A stretch of 60,478 nucleotides of DNA from Thermoanaerobaculia bacterium. GTDB lineage: Bacteria; Acidobacteriota; Thermoanaerobaculia; Gp7-AA8. Under the pieces are notes generated by a model that saw only the letters and a program-made list of their open reading frames with translations, searched no databases and was not told where the DNA came from. Shown here one piece after another: positions 47,979 through 60,452 of this stretch. The position numbers were made by a program, and so were the translations under genes. The stretch is from the NCBI GenBank assembly GCA_035525045.1, contig DATLEX010000304.1, forward strand, positions 1 to 60,478, given 5' to 3'. Within the stretch, counting starts at the first letter, position 1; each line of letters starts with the position of its first letter.

Positions 47979-50831
47979 ATGAAGAGAGCCGCGATTCTAC
48001 TCGCGCTCCTGCTGGTGGCATCTGCGCTTCCGGCCTCCTCCGACGCCACCCCCTGCTCCCTCTGCATCGGCGCCGCGACCAATCGCCTGCCCTCCACTGC
48101 TACACCCATGCCTCAGCTCATCCGCACCACCGATGCCGGGTTGGAGGAGCTCGCCCTCGACCCGATGACGCCGGAGCAGCGCCGCCTGGCGGTGGTGCAG
48201 GTCTCGTTCGCCCTCAGCGGCGAGGACCCGCTGGCCGCGGCGGAGCAGCAGGCGCGCGCCATCGTGGAGTGGGCGCGGGTGGAAGGCCCCTTCGACGCGC
48301 TGGCCCTCGACATCGCCCATGACGACGAAGCCATCGTCGCCTTCGCCGTGAAGCGCCTGGCCGTGGCCGCCCAGGGGCTGGAGGTAGCCAGGCGGCTGGC
48401 TCTGGCCCCGATGCCCCTCGAGCGCCTCCAGAAGCTCTTCGAGCACGGGGCCCAGGCGTATTTCGACGCATGGATCGTTCCCGGCGCGGACGTCGCCGCG
48501 GCGGCGGCCTGGCTGGCCGAGCACGACCCCGCGAAGAGACTGCTGGCCGTGGTGCAGCCGGCTTCCCCCAACCCGATGTTCGACGCGGCGCGGGCCCTCG
48601 GTGACGGGGCGACGATCGCATTCCTGGAAGGCGAGCTCGATCCCGCCGGCATCGCCAGCCTGAATCGCGCCCTCGCCGGCGACTTCGCCTTCGACTCCAC
48701 CGCCCGGACGACGATCCTCGACGTGCGCGGCAACGAGAGCCCGATCCCCGCCCTCGCCTTCGTCCGCGGGGAGGACCTCCGGACGATCGTCGTTCCGGCG
48801 GGCGCCGAAGGACCCATCATCATTTCGCTTCCCGGCGATCAATACACGCAACCGCATCGCGTCGACGCCGCGGGGGAGCGCCAGATCACCGACAGCGGCA
48901 TCCGCTCCGGGCGGCTGCTCGTGGCCGTGCAGCCCTCGGCCCAGCCCTATCTCGTGTACGTCAACCGGGCCGAGAAACCCGATCTCAACGTGACGCGCGA
49001 GGCCATCGACGTCGCCACGCGGCGCGGTATCGCCGTCGAGGAGATCATCCGGAACCATCAGGCCCATGAGGCCTTCCAGGATTCCATTCAGCCCCGCTAC
49101 ATCGCCCGGAACACCACCAAGCTCCGCTTCGCCATCGGGGGCGGGGGCGACGCCGTGGAGGCCACCATCGCCGGCGACTACTTCTCCGACCCGGAAGGCC
49201 GCGCCGACTGGGTGTGGCAGGACTTTTTCCTCAACGGCGTCCGCTGGAAGTACGGGCGGATCCCGGAGCTGCCGCTGATCCAGCCCGAGAAGGTCACGCA
49301 GCTCCCGCTCGACATCCACCTGACCAACGAATACCGCTACAAGCTCGTGAGGGAGACCGAGCTGCGGGGGCATGGCGTCTACGAGGTCCGCTTCGAGCCG
49401 CCGCCGAACGCCCCGCTGGAGCTGCCGCTGTACCGCGGGACGGTGTGGATCGACCGCCGCTCCTGGGCACGCGTCCGGATCTCCATGGTGCAGCTCAACC
49501 TGACCGGGGAGGTGCTGTCGAACGAGGAGCGGGTGGAGTTCCAGCCGTTCGACCGCTCGATGCATGCGCCGCTCTCGGCGGCGGAGGTGGCCGGGATCGA
49601 TCCCCGCCGGGTCGTGTGGCTGCCGCTCGAGGTCGCCGCGCAGCAGGTGATCTCGGCGGCGGGGCGGGCGAACGTCATCCTCCGCCAGACCAGCTTCACC
49701 GATTTCCGGATCGATCCGCCCGACTACGAGCTGAGGCATCAGCAGGTCGCGGCATCCGAATCGCGGATGGTCCGCGAGACCGCGGCCGGGCTTCGCTACC
49801 TCGAGAGACGAGGAGAGGGCGAGCGCGTGGTGAAGGAAGGCTTCGACACCGCGCAGCTCTTCATGGTCGGCGGGGTGCACCACGACGCCGGGCTGGCCTA
49901 TCCCATCGTTCCCCTCGGCGGCATCGATTACTTCAACTTCAATCTCCTCGACCGCGGAATCCAGACCAACGTCTTCTTCGCCGGGGTCGTCCTGGCGGCC
50001 AACGCCACGCACCCGAACGTCGGCAACACGCGGACGAACGTCGGGGCCGACTTCTTCGGGATGGCCATCCCGGTCGACAACACGATGTACCGCGACGGCG
50101 AAGAGCGGCCGGACGAAGGAGTGCGAGTGCTCCCCTTCGTGTTCACGCTGCGGACCGGCCGCCCGGTGCTCACCTTCGGGAAGGTCGATCTCTCCTTCAC
50201 CGCGGCGCATCTGACCTACCGTCGCGGCGACAACACGCGCTCCGATTTCGTCGAGCCCTCCGACACGTTCCTCTTCGGGCCGTCGCTCTCGGCCCAGTAC
50301 GCGCGTCGGGGCTACAGCCTCTCCTTCTTCTACGACCACACCACCAGGTCCTCGTGGGAACCGTGGGGCGATCCGGCCGAGTACCGCGATGATCAGAAGA
50401 CGTTCACCAAGTTCGGGGCCTCGTTCGGCAAGAACTTCTACCTGCCGAGGTTCCAGCGCATCAGTGTCGACCTGAACTATCTCGACGGAGCGCGGCTGGA
50501 TCGTTTCTCGAAGTACGAGCTGGGGTTCTTCGGCGCGCAGCGGGTGCACGGGATCCGATCGGGCTCGGTCCGCGCGGAGCGGGCCTTCATCGGGCACTTC
50601 TCGTACGGCTTCGTGTTCTCGGAGCAGTTCCGGCTGGAGGCGTTCTACGACCACGCCCTGCTCGATGACGCCAGCGCCGGCGTCCGCCGCGAGCCTTTCC
50701 AGGGTCTCGGCATCGCCGGCCAGACCGTCGGACCGTACGGCACGCTGCTGCGGCTCGATCTCGGGAAGACCATCGGCCGGAACCGGCAGGACGGGTTCGT
50801 GGCCAACGTGGTCTTCCTGAAACTCTTCTGA
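47979..50831 (+). CDS. Large outer-membrane protein: signal peptide, unknown N-domain, LolA-like/lipoprotein-sorting-like middle domain and C-terminal beta-barrel ending in Phe
   Basis: Start at MKRAAILLALLLVASALPASS (or ATG 47961). The ORF-track extension back to 46998 is antisense to the lipid kinase and Arg-rich. The C-terminus ...GFVANVVFLKLF* is a typical OMP terminal signature. Alternating hydrophobic strands run through the last ~350 aa. Confidence 0.75.
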   Translation: MKRAAILLALLLVASALPASSDATPCSLCIGAATNRLPSTATPMPQLIRTTDAGLEELALDPMTPEQRRLAVVQVSFALSGEDPLAAAEQQARAIVEWARVEGPFDALALDIAHDDEAIVAFAVKRLAVAAQGLEVARRLALAPMPLERLQKLFEHGAQAYFDAWIVPGADVAAAAAWLAEHDPAKRLLAVVQPASPNPMFDAARALGDGATIAFLEGELDPAGIASLNRALAGDFAFDSTARTTILDVRGNESPIPALAFVRGEDLRTIVVPAGAEGPIIISLPGDQYTQPHRVDAAGERQITDSGIRSGRLLVAVQPSAQPYLVYVNRAEKPDLNVTREAIDVATRRGIAVEEIIRNHQAHEAFQDSIQPRYIARNTTKLRFAIGGGGDAVEATIAGDYFSDPEGRADWVWQDFFLNGVRWKYGRIPELPLIQPEKVTQLPLDIHLTNEYRYKLVRETELRGHGVYEVRFEPPPNAPLELPLYRGTVWIDRRSWARVRISMVQLNLTGEVLSNEERVEFQPFDRSMHAPLSAAEVAGIDPRRVVWLPLEVAAQQVISAAGRANVILRQTSFTDFRIDPPDYELRHQQVAASESRMVRETAAGLRYLERRGEGERVVKEGFDTAQLFMVGGVHHDAGLAYPIVPLGGIDYFNFNLLDRGIQTNVFFAGVVLAANATHPNVGNTRTNVGADFFGMAIPVDNTMYRDGEERPDEGVRVLPFVFTLRTGRPVLTFGKVDLSFTAAHLTYRRGDNTRSDFVEPSDTFLFGPSLSAQYARRGYSLSFFYDHTTRSSWEPWGDPAEYRDDQKTFTKFGASFGKNFYLPRFQRISVDLNYLDGARLDRFSKYELGFFGAQRVHGIRSGSVRAERAFIGHFSYGFVFSEQFRLEAFYDHALLDDASAGVRREPFQGLGIAGQTVGPYGTLLRLDLGKTIGRNRQDGFVANVVFLKLF

Positions 50832-50861
50832 GCCCGACGGCTTTCGCTTCTCAGGATGACG

Positions 50862-50894
50862 AAAAAAAGCCCGGCTCGCGCCGGGCTTTTTTTT
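50862..50894. terminator. Bidirectional rho-independent terminator A7-GCCCGGC-TCGC-GCCGGGC-T8 between convergent genes
   Basis: Read directly. The 7-bp GC stem is flanked by an A-run and a T-run, so it works on both strands. Confidence 0.85.
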
Positions 50895-50910
50895 CACGAC
50901 TGCGGGCTGA

Positions 50911-52518
50911 TCAGGGCGTGTTGCTCACGTTGTACACGTAGAAGTCGACCGAGCCGATCTCGTTCCGGTTGCCGCGTCCGTCGAGGACCCGGACCGTCAG
51001 GCGATGGCGGGCGTTGTTCAGGGCTCGGGTGTCCATCTCGAACCGCCAGCCGGAGGCCGTGGAGTTGACGAAGCCCGGCCACTGCGCCTGGACGTCGGGC
51101 CTGGCGAAGCCGTACTGCGCCTGGCCGACGTAGTTCCCATCCACGATGACCTCGACCGCGGCGACCACGTCCTGGTCGAGCGCCCATCCCTGCAACACCA
51201 CGTTTCCGCCGACATAGTCGAACTTGGTCGGAACGTCGATGTACCCCACGCTGGGGAAATCCTGGGTGGCATCGGCGCACTTGAAGAACACCGGGATACC
51301 GGCCGGGCCGGGCAGCTCGGTGAAGGTCTGCTGCTGGTCGCCGACGCGGACCTTCAAGACGTGGTTGCCCGGACGTACGCCGAGAGTGATCAGCGCGCCG
51401 ACGTCGAGGGTGAAGAGGAAGCCGGCCCGCGGCGCATCGGGATAGTTCGGGTAGTAGCGCTGCACGTCGAATCGCGGCAGACCGTAGCAGTTGGCGAAGC
51501 CGCCGAGGACCTGACCGCAGTCGTCGGTCGACGCCCAGCGGACGCCGTCGATCAGGAGCTCGACGTAGGCGACGCGGCCGACGTCGGTCCGCGTGCCGAG
51601 GTCGAGCGCCCATCCGGACACCGGCGTGATGAACTGCGTCGGGCGCACGAACGGTGAGACCGGCGGAACTCCCAGCCCCCCGCACTCGGTGCCGATGAGC
51701 ACCGCGTCGCGCAGCGGCTCGTCGAGGTAGCCGAAGGGCCTCAGGTTCTGCTCCGAGTTCATGACCTGGATCGTGCGCCGCCCGATCAGCCTCTGCAGGC
51801 CGTTCCGATCGGTGGCGGTGACGCTGACCAGGTGCACGCCGTCCAGGACTCGGGTGGTATCGACGTTGGCGATGAAGCCGCTGAAGAGCGCGGCGGGGAA
51901 GTCGGGGAAGGCCCCGCCGACATCGGGACGCGGGTCGCCGTGCATCGCCGACTGCATGTTCGCCCCGTCGATCTGCACGTCGACGCGGGCGATCCCATCC
52001 GTGTCGGCTGCCCAGCCGACGAGGGCCAGCACGCCCGTGGCGCTGTAGATCCCGTGTCCATCCGGCTGATCGACCGACCCGAAGGGGGGTTGATTGAGCG
52101 TGTTATCGATGTTGATCGTCCGCCGGCCGAGCTCCTGGATCCGGCCGTCGCTCATGTAGATGCGGAGCGAGACCGTATGCGGCCCGTTGCTGAACCGGTT
52201 GGCAAGAAACGCCGTCTGGAATCCGGGATTGGCGTGGTGCAGTCCGGGCCACTGAGGATAGGCCTCCACGACATCGATATAGGGAAGGCCGAGCGTGGCG
52301 CGATGCTGGAACTCATCGTCGACATAGAGCTCGATCCGCGAGATCTGCACCGGATCGAATGCCCATCCGCGGACCAGGATGAGCCCCGAGTGCGTGATGT
52401 TCGGATCGGGACGGTCGACGTCGCCGACGAATCCGGGGGGCAACTGCGCAAACAGCACAGGGACAGCCAGCGCTGCCAGTAAGGTGAGAACCAGGCCGCG
52501 GGTAACCCATCTCCACAT
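50911..52518 (-). CDS. Secreted protein with four tandem ~110-130-aa beta-sandwich-like repeats
   Basis: Start at MWRWVTRGLVLTLLAALAVPVLFAQ (ATG 52518, GGAGG 8 nt upstream). Four units share a (V/L)xGWAxD...(I/V)xR(V/I)E(L/V)x(V/I)DG...RPDV...P...GF...H.(L/V).V pattern. Confidence 0.75.
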   Translation of the reverse strand: MWRWVTRGLVLTLLAALAVPVLFAQLPPGFVGDVDRPDPNITHSGLILVRGWAFDPVQISRIELYVDDEFQHRATLGLPYIDVVEAYPQWPGLHHANPGFQTAFLANRFSNGPHTVSLRIYMSDGRIQELGRRTINIDNTLNQPPFGSVDQPDGHGIYSATGVLALVGWAADTDGIARVDVQIDGANMQSAMHGDPRPDVGGAFPDFPAALFSGFIANVDTTRVLDGVHLVSVTATDRNGLQRLIGRRTIQVMNSEQNLRPFGYLDEPLRDAVLIGTECGGLGVPPVSPFVRPTQFITPVSGWALDLGTRTDVGRVAYVELLIDGVRWASTDDCGQVLGGFANCYGLPRFDVQRYYPNYPDAPRAGFLFTLDVGALITLGVRPGNHVLKVRVGDQQQTFTELPGPAGIPVFFKCADATQDFPSVGYIDVPTKFDYVGGNVVLQGWALDQDVVAAVEVIVDGNYVGQAQYGFARPDVQAQWPGFVNSTASGWRFEMDTRALNNARHRLTVRVLDGRGNRNEIGSVDFYVYNVSNTP

Positions 52519-52660
52519 ATCCCCAACCTCCAACCCGAAGATGACCTTGGTATGTCTGAGATCGTCTGGCCGACGATACTCCGCTGTGCGCGAAAAATCA
52601 AATAATCGACACGCCGGAGAGACCGATCCGCTTGTAATCCACGAGTTTATACTACGCCGG

Positions 52661-53641
52661 GTGACATCTCCAAGCGTGCGGACCGGCACCCCGGCCCTCC
52701 CCCTTTCCCTCGACGACATTCGCGCCGCGGCCCGCCGGATTGCCCCGTTCGTCCACCGCACACCACTTTTGGCAACCCGCTCCCTCTCCGCCCGCGCCGG
52801 CCTCGAGGTCCGCCTCAAGTGCGAGAACCTCCAGCGCGCCGGCTCGTTCAAGATCCGCGGCGGGCTCAACGCCCTGCTGCAGCTCACCGACGACCAGCGC
52901 CGGCGCGGCGTCGTCGCCTTCTCCTCCGGCAACCACGCCCAGGGCGTGGCCCTCGGGGCGCAGCTCCTCGGCATCAAGGCCACCATCGTCATGCCGCAGA
53001 ACTCGGTCGCCGCGAAGGTGGAGGCGACCCGCGGCTACGGGGCGGAGGTGGTCGAGGGAGGAGTCACGGCCGCCACGCGCGACACGGTCGCGCGCGAGAT
53101 CGCGGCGCGCACCGGGGCCACGGTCATTCCCCCCTTCGACGACGAGCGCATCATCGCCGGAGCAGGCACGGTCGGCATGGAGATCGCCGAGGAGTGGCCC
53201 GAGGTCGCCTCGATCGTCGTGCCGCTCGGCGGCGGTGGGCTGCTGGCCGGCGTGGCTCTCGCGGCCACCACGATCCTCCCCACGGTCGGCGTCTACGGCG
53301 TGGAGCCGGCGGCGGGGAACGACGGCGAGCAGTCGTTCCGATCGGGCCGCATCGTGACCATCGAGCCCCCCGAGACGATCGCCGACGGCGCCCGGACCGT
53401 GAGCCTCGGCGAGAGGAACTTCGCCATCATTCGCGAGCGCGTGCGCGACGTGGTCAGCGTCGGCGACGAGGTGCTGCTCGACGCCGTGAAGTTCGCCATG
53501 GCTCGGACGAAGCTGGTGATCGAGCCGACCGGCGCGCTGGGCCTGGCGGCGTTGTTCAGCGGAAGGGTCCGGCCGAAGGGCCCGGTCGCTGTCGTGATCT
53601 CGGGCGGCAACCTCGACTTCGCGCTGTTGGCCAGGTCATGA
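52661..53641 (+). CDS. PLP-dependent threonine ammonia-lyase / serine-threonine dehydratase family enzyme
   Basis: LDDIRAAARRIAPFVHRTPLL...LKCENLQRAGSFKIRGG (PLP lysine), SSGNHAQGVA, GGGGLLAG. GTG start at 52661 (GTG 52676 is also in frame). The start is uncertain. Confidence 0.85.
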   Translation: MTSPSVRTGTPALPLSLDDIRAAARRIAPFVHRTPLLATRSLSARAGLEVRLKCENLQRAGSFKIRGGLNALLQLTDDQRRRGVVAFSSGNHAQGVALGAQLLGIKATIVMPQNSVAAKVEATRGYGAEVVEGGVTAATRDTVAREIAARTGATVIPPFDDERIIAGAGTVGMEIAEEWPEVASIVVPLGGGGLLAGVALAATTILPTVGVYGVEPAAGNDGEQSFRSGRIVTIEPPETIADGARTVSLGERNFAIIRERVRDVVSVGDEVLLDAVKFAMARTKLVIEPTGALGLAALFSGRVRPKGPVAVVISGGNLDFALLARS

Positions 53642-53648
53642 CCCTTCA

Positions 53649-54977
53649 ATGACAGGTTCTCTCTTCGACGACCCGCCCCCACCCGACCCGGCCCCATCAT
53701 CGGATGCGCCGCTGGCCGAACGTCTACGCCCCGGAACGATCGACGAGATCGTCGGCCTCGACGAGCTGCTCGCCCCCGGCCGTTTCCTCCGCAACGCCAT
53801 CGAGTCCGACCGCATCCCCTCCATGATCTTCTGGGGACCTCCCGGCTCGGGGAAGACGACACTGGCCCGCATCATCGCCCGCACCACGCGGGCCCGCTTC
53901 GTGACCTTCTCGGCGACGAGCAGCTCCATCAAGGACATCCGCGTGCTGATGGAGGAGGCGCGGAAGGGGCGGGCCGCCCGCGGGGCGAAGACGATCGTCT
54001 TCATCGACGAGATCCACCGCTTTAATAAGGCCCAGCAGGACGCCTTCCTCCCCTACGTCGAGGCGGGAGACATCGTGCTGATCGGGGCCACCACCGAGAA
54101 CCCCTCGTTCGAGGTGAACTCCGCGCTCCTCTCGCGCTGCAAGGTCGTGGTCCTACCGGCGCTCGAGCGCGATCAGGTCATGACCATCCTCCGCCGGGCC
54201 ATCGTCGACCCGGCCGTGCGGACCTTCGGAATCGAGCTGACGGACGAGGCTCTCGACTTCATCGCCGCCACCTCCGCCGGCGACGCGCGCCAGGCCCTGA
54301 CCAGCCTGCAACTGGTCATCGAGACCGCCACGGCGGCCGACAATCCGGTCGATGCCGCCAGGCTGCAGAGCATCCTGCAACGCCGTTCGCTGATGTACGA
54401 CAAGTCGGGCGAGCAGCACTTCAACATCATCTCCGCCCTCCACAAGTCGGTCCGCAACGGCGACGCCGACGCGGCGGTGTACTGGCTCGCGCGCATGCTG
54501 GAGGGAGGGGAGGATCCGCTCTACCTCGCCCGCAGGCTGGTGCGCGCGGCGTCGGAAGACGTCGGGAACGCCGACCCGCAGGCGCTGACCCTCGCCGTGG
54601 CGGTGAAGGATGCCGTCCATTTCATCGGCATGCCGGAGGCGGGGGTCGCCCTGGCGCAACTCGTCGCCTATCTCGCTGCGGCGCCGAAGTCGAACGCGGC
54701 CTACATCGGCTACGGCGCGGCCGTGCACGAGGTGCGGCAGGGCGACAATCCGCCGGTGCCCCTCCACATCCGCAATGCCCCGACGCGACTGATGCAGGAC
54801 CTCGGCTACGGGCGCGGCTACCAGTACGCGCACGATTTCGAGGATCAGACAGCGGCCATGGACTGTCTCCCCGACTCGCTGCGCGGCCGCCGGTTCTACG
54901 AGCCGAAGGACGCCGGGTATGAAGCCGAGATCAAGCGCCGGCTGGACCGGATGCGCGATGCGAGGAAGAAGGAGTAG
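53649..54977 (+). CDS. rarA: Replication-associated recombination protein A (AAA+ ATPase)
   Basis: PLAERLRP...IDEIVG, Walker A FWGPPGSGKTTLA, Walker B IVFIDEIHRFNKAQQD, and the MgsA C-terminal HFNIISALHKSVRNGDADAAVYWLARML. Confidence 0.93.
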   Translation: MTGSLFDDPPPPDPAPSSDAPLAERLRPGTIDEIVGLDELLAPGRFLRNAIESDRIPSMIFWGPPGSGKTTLARIIARTTRARFVTFSATSSSIKDIRVLMEEARKGRAARGAKTIVFIDEIHRFNKAQQDAFLPYVEAGDIVLIGATTENPSFEVNSALLSRCKVVVLPALERDQVMTILRRAIVDPAVRTFGIELTDEALDFIAATSAGDARQALTSLQLVIETATAADNPVDAARLQSILQRRSLMYDKSGEQHFNIISALHKSVRNGDADAAVYWLARMLEGGEDPLYLARRLVRAASEDVGNADPQALTLAVAVKDAVHFIGMPEAGVALAQLVAYLAAAPKSNAAYIGYGAAVHEVRQGDNPPVPLHIRNAPTRLMQDLGYGRGYQYAHDFEDQTAAMDCLPDSLRGRRFYEPKDAGYEAEIKRRLDRMRDARKKE

Positions 54978-54984
54978 CGGATCG

Positions 54985-55371
54985 TCAGTCCCGCGCCGGG
55001 ACCATGCGGATGTCGGCGGCTCCCCCGGGGCGGTGCAGGCGGATGGCGAATCGCTCCGGCCCGAGCTCGAGGATGTCCGCCGGAAATCGATAGCCCGCCT
55101 CGATCACCACCAGCCCCCCGCCGGCATGGTGCCAGCGGCCGAGGAGCGGCTCGGAGCCGTTCGCCGGCGTGACCAGCAGCGTGTTGTCGGAGAGGAAGAC
55201 GTAGAGCGTGCCGGGAGGAACGTCGCGAGCCTCCACCACCCGCCAGACCCGGTCGGAGAAGGGCGGCGGCTGCGGGGCGGGGAGGGTCGTCCGCGCCGGG
55301 CCGGCGACCATCCCGCACCCGGACGAGACGAGCAGGAGCAGCGCGAGGAGTACGAGTCGAGGATCGCTCAT
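54985..55371 (-). CDS. Small lipoprotein of unknown function
   Basis: Lipobox LLLLVSSGCG. 128 aa. The ATGA overlaps the upstream thioesterase gene. Confidence 0.65.
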   Translation of the reverse strand: MSDPRLVLLALLLLVSSGCGMVAGPARTTLPAPQPPPFSDRVWRVVEARDVPPGTLYVFLSDNTLLVTPANGSEPLLGRWHHAGGGLVVIEAGYRFPADILELGPERFAIRLHRPGGAADIRMVPARD

Positions 55372-55778
55372 TCGGCGGAGTAGGCGTTGGCGGCCTGCCG
55401 GATCGGCTTCGGCCGCCGGTCTTCTCCCACGTTGACGTAGACGACCTGGGCCTCGGTCACGAGGACCTTCCTGCCGGGGTCACCACCGCGGATGGCCTCC
55501 ACCACGACCTTCGTGGTGATCGAGCTCGTGCCGATGCGGAGGGTCTCGGTCCAGAAGCTCACCAGGTCGCCGACGAACACCGGCTCGTGGAAGACGACCT
55601 TGTCGAGCGAGACGGTGACCATGAACTTCAGGCCCTGCCGGCGGGCCTCGATGGCGCCGGCCTGGTCGACGTAGGAGAGGATCACCCCGCCGAAGATCGT
55701 GCCGTGCGCGTTCGTGTCACGCGGCATCATGAGCACGCGGATGGCGGGCTCGTTCCACTTCGAGGCGATCTCGGTCAC
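55368..55778 (-). CDS. Acyl-CoA thioesterase (hotdog fold, YciA-like)
   Basis: IRVLMMPRDTNAHGTIFGGVILSYVDQAGAIEA...VSLDKVVFHEPVFVGDLVSFWTE. GTG 55778 overlaps the ppiD-like stop (GTGA). The start is uncertain. Confidence 0.82.
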   Translation of the reverse strand: MTEIASKWNEPAIRVLMMPRDTNAHGTIFGGVILSYVDQAGAIEARRQGLKFMVTVSLDKVVFHEPVFVGDLVSFWTETLRIGTSSITTKVVVEAIRGGDPGRKVLVTEAQVVYVNVGEDRRPKPIRQAANAYSAE

Positions 55779-57721
55779 GCCAGTGGCTGCGGCGCGGCGC
55801 TCCGCAGCGCCTGCTCGTTCCGTTCGATCTTCGACGACTTCCGGAGCCGCTCCAGCAGCACGCTGCGCAGGCTGCGGGCCTGCTGCATGCGCAGGGCCTC
55901 GAGATACTGCGCGGAGCGCTCCTTCAATTCCTCCGGCGTGAAACGCGTCTGCTCGGTGACCTGGAACACCACCGCCCCTTCCGCGACCGGAACCGGGCCG
56001 GCGATCTCCCCCACCGGAGCAGCCATGGCCGCCTTCACCAGCTCGCTCGTGTCGCCGGTGAACCCGCCGATGTGGCCCTGGCGGGTGACCTGCGTGTCGG
56101 CGGGAGCGAGACTCACTTTCGAGGCCACCCCGTCGACCGACGCGGCCCCGGACATCGCGTCCCGGAGCGCATTCATGCCGGCCTCGCGGGCCGTCGCCAT
56201 GCGCGCGTCGTTCTCCACGCGCTCGCGGATCTCGGAGAGCGGGAGCACACCCGCCGGGCGGATCCCGGCCAGGTAGGGGATGACGATGCCGCGCTGCGTG
56301 CCGAACGGATCGCCGATGTCGCCCTGCCTCGAGGCGAAGACCCAGGAGGTGAGCTGGGTGTTGTTCCCGATGCCCGGAATCTGCTCGCCCCGCTGGAACC
56401 ACTGCGTGTCATTGGAGCTGACCTTGTCATTGGCCAGGGCGGAGAATTCGTCGGGAGTGGCCGGCTTCCGCTGCCGGATCACCGCGGCGATGCGGGCGAT
56501 CTCCTCCCGCGCCTGCTCCTTCGCCATGTCGTCGATGACCTGCGCGGTGAGCTGCGGCCGGACCTCCCCGAAGGAGCGGTAGGCCGCCGGGCGGCGCTCC
56601 GAGACCCGGATGATGTGGAAGCCGTACTCCTGCGAGCGGATCGGGTCGCTGATCTGGTTCAGACCGATGGAGAAGGCGGCGCGGTCGAACGGCTCGACCG
56701 TCTCTCCCCGCTCCACCCATCCCATGTCCCCGCCGGCCGCCGCCGAGGAGGGATCGGCCGAGTTCTGCCTGGCCAGCGCCGCGAAATCGGCCCCGGCCCG
56801 GAGCTGGCGGACGAGCGACTCCGCCTTCGACCGCGCCGCGACATCCGGCGGCGAGGTCGGGTCGACCTTGATCAGAATGTGCTGGATCCGCGCGGACTCG
56901 CCGGAGCGGTACTGCTCCTTGCTGGCCTCGTAGCGCCGCCGCAGCTCCGCCTCGCCCGGCTGGATCTGCGACCGGAGCCGGGTGAAGTCGGCGACCAGGT
57001 ATTTCAGGGACCGCTGCTCGCCGTGGGCGTACCGGGGCTGGTTGGCCTTGTAGTACGCCTCCACCTCCGCCGGGGTGACCGTGACCCTGGCCAACTCGCG
57101 GCTCGCCGGGTAGAGCACGTAGTGGATCTGGGCCGCCTCGTTCATCCGCCGGTACTCCGCTTCCGCCGCTTTCGGGGAAACGATGATCGAGCTCTGCAGC
57201 GCGCTCTCCATCTTGGAGGTGGCGATGTCGCGAGCCAGCTCGTCCTCGAACTCGGCGGCGTTCTGATATCCGAGCGCCCCCGTGACGTAGCGCGTGTAGA
57301 GCTCGGCGCCCACGAATTTCCCCTCCGGGTTCAGCGTCGGAATCTGCAGGATGCGGTTGCGGACTTCCTCCTGCGTGGCATCGAGGTTCAGCCGGCGAGC
57401 CTGCTGGACCAGCAGCCGCTGATCGATCAGCGACTCGAGCACCTGCCGCTCCAGGCCGAGGTTCCGCAGCATCTCGGGGTTGAACTGCTCGCCGTACATC
57501 TGCCGGTAGTTCTGCTCGGTGTAGTAGAGGGCGCGGTCGAATTCGCGGTAGCTGATCGTCTCCCCGTTGACGCGCGCGGCGTAGGCTCGCTCCTCGCCGC
57601 CCGCCGTCCCGGCCCCCCCCATCCCCATGTCGATGAAGACGAAGCCGACGATGACCGCGGCCACGATGGCGATCAGGACCCACTTCAACTGGTTGAACGT
57701 CGCGCGCAATGTGCTGAGCAT
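55775..57721 (-). CDS. ppiD: PpiD-like periplasmic chaperone (N-terminal TM anchor, SurA_N-like region, parvulin domain)
   Basis: MLSTLRATFNQLKWVLIAIVAAVIVGFVFI. Parvulin ARIQHILIKV...ADFAALARQNSADPSSAAAGGDMGWVERGE...YGFHIIRVSE. About 648 aa. Confidence 0.82.
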   Translation of the reverse strand: MLSTLRATFNQLKWVLIAIVAAVIVGFVFIDMGMGGAGTAGGEERAYAARVNGETISYREFDRALYYTEQNYRQMYGEQFNPEMLRNLGLERQVLESLIDQRLLVQQARRLNLDATQEEVRNRILQIPTLNPEGKFVGAELYTRYVTGALGYQNAAEFEDELARDIATSKMESALQSSIIVSPKAAEAEYRRMNEAAQIHYVLYPASRELARVTVTPAEVEAYYKANQPRYAHGEQRSLKYLVADFTRLRSQIQPGEAELRRRYEASKEQYRSGESARIQHILIKVDPTSPPDVAARSKAESLVRQLRAGADFAALARQNSADPSSAAAGGDMGWVERGETVEPFDRAAFSIGLNQISDPIRSQEYGFHIIRVSERRPAAYRSFGEVRPQLTAQVIDDMAKEQAREEIARIAAVIRQRKPATPDEFSALANDKVSSNDTQWFQRGEQIPGIGNNTQLTSWVFASRQGDIGDPFGTQRGIVIPYLAGIRPAGVLPLSEIRERVENDARMATAREAGMNALRDAMSGAASVDGVASKVSLAPADTQVTRQGHIGGFTGDTSELVKAAMAAPVGEIAGPVPVAEGAVVFQVTEQTRFTPEELKERSAQYLEALRMQQARSLRSVLLERLRKSSKIERNEQALRSAAPQPLA

Positions 57722-57867
57722 GGAAGACGACCTTTCGGAGATGATCCCGGGCATCGGAGCTCGTCGGGACCGGAAAACGTGATCAATGGAAGCAAAAAGA
57801 ACGGCGCAGTCTACCTATTCCCCGGCGGGGCGGCAAACGCGCAACGACCACCGTAAACGCTTGTATA

Positions 57868-57877
57868 TGCTATAAAT
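57868..57877 (+). promoter_or_regulatory. Candidate extended -10 element TGCTATAAAT upstream of the FecR-domain gene
   Basis: TGnTATAAT-like sequence ending 18 nt before ATG 57895. It shares the 10-mer ATGCTATAAA with 16918-16927. Confidence 0.35.
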
Positions 57878-57894
57878 GATCGACTCGGGACGCG

Positions 57895-60452
<2,558 letters not shown>

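Noticed and set aside
52519-52992. Upstream extension of the repeat-protein ORF (50911..52992), and the 52379 ATG start of the dehydratase ORF
   Set aside because: The extension overlaps the dehydratase gene antisense and precedes a clear SD-plus-signal-peptide start at 52518. The dehydratase family N-terminus aligns from about 52661, and the region upstream of it overlaps the minus-strand gene start.
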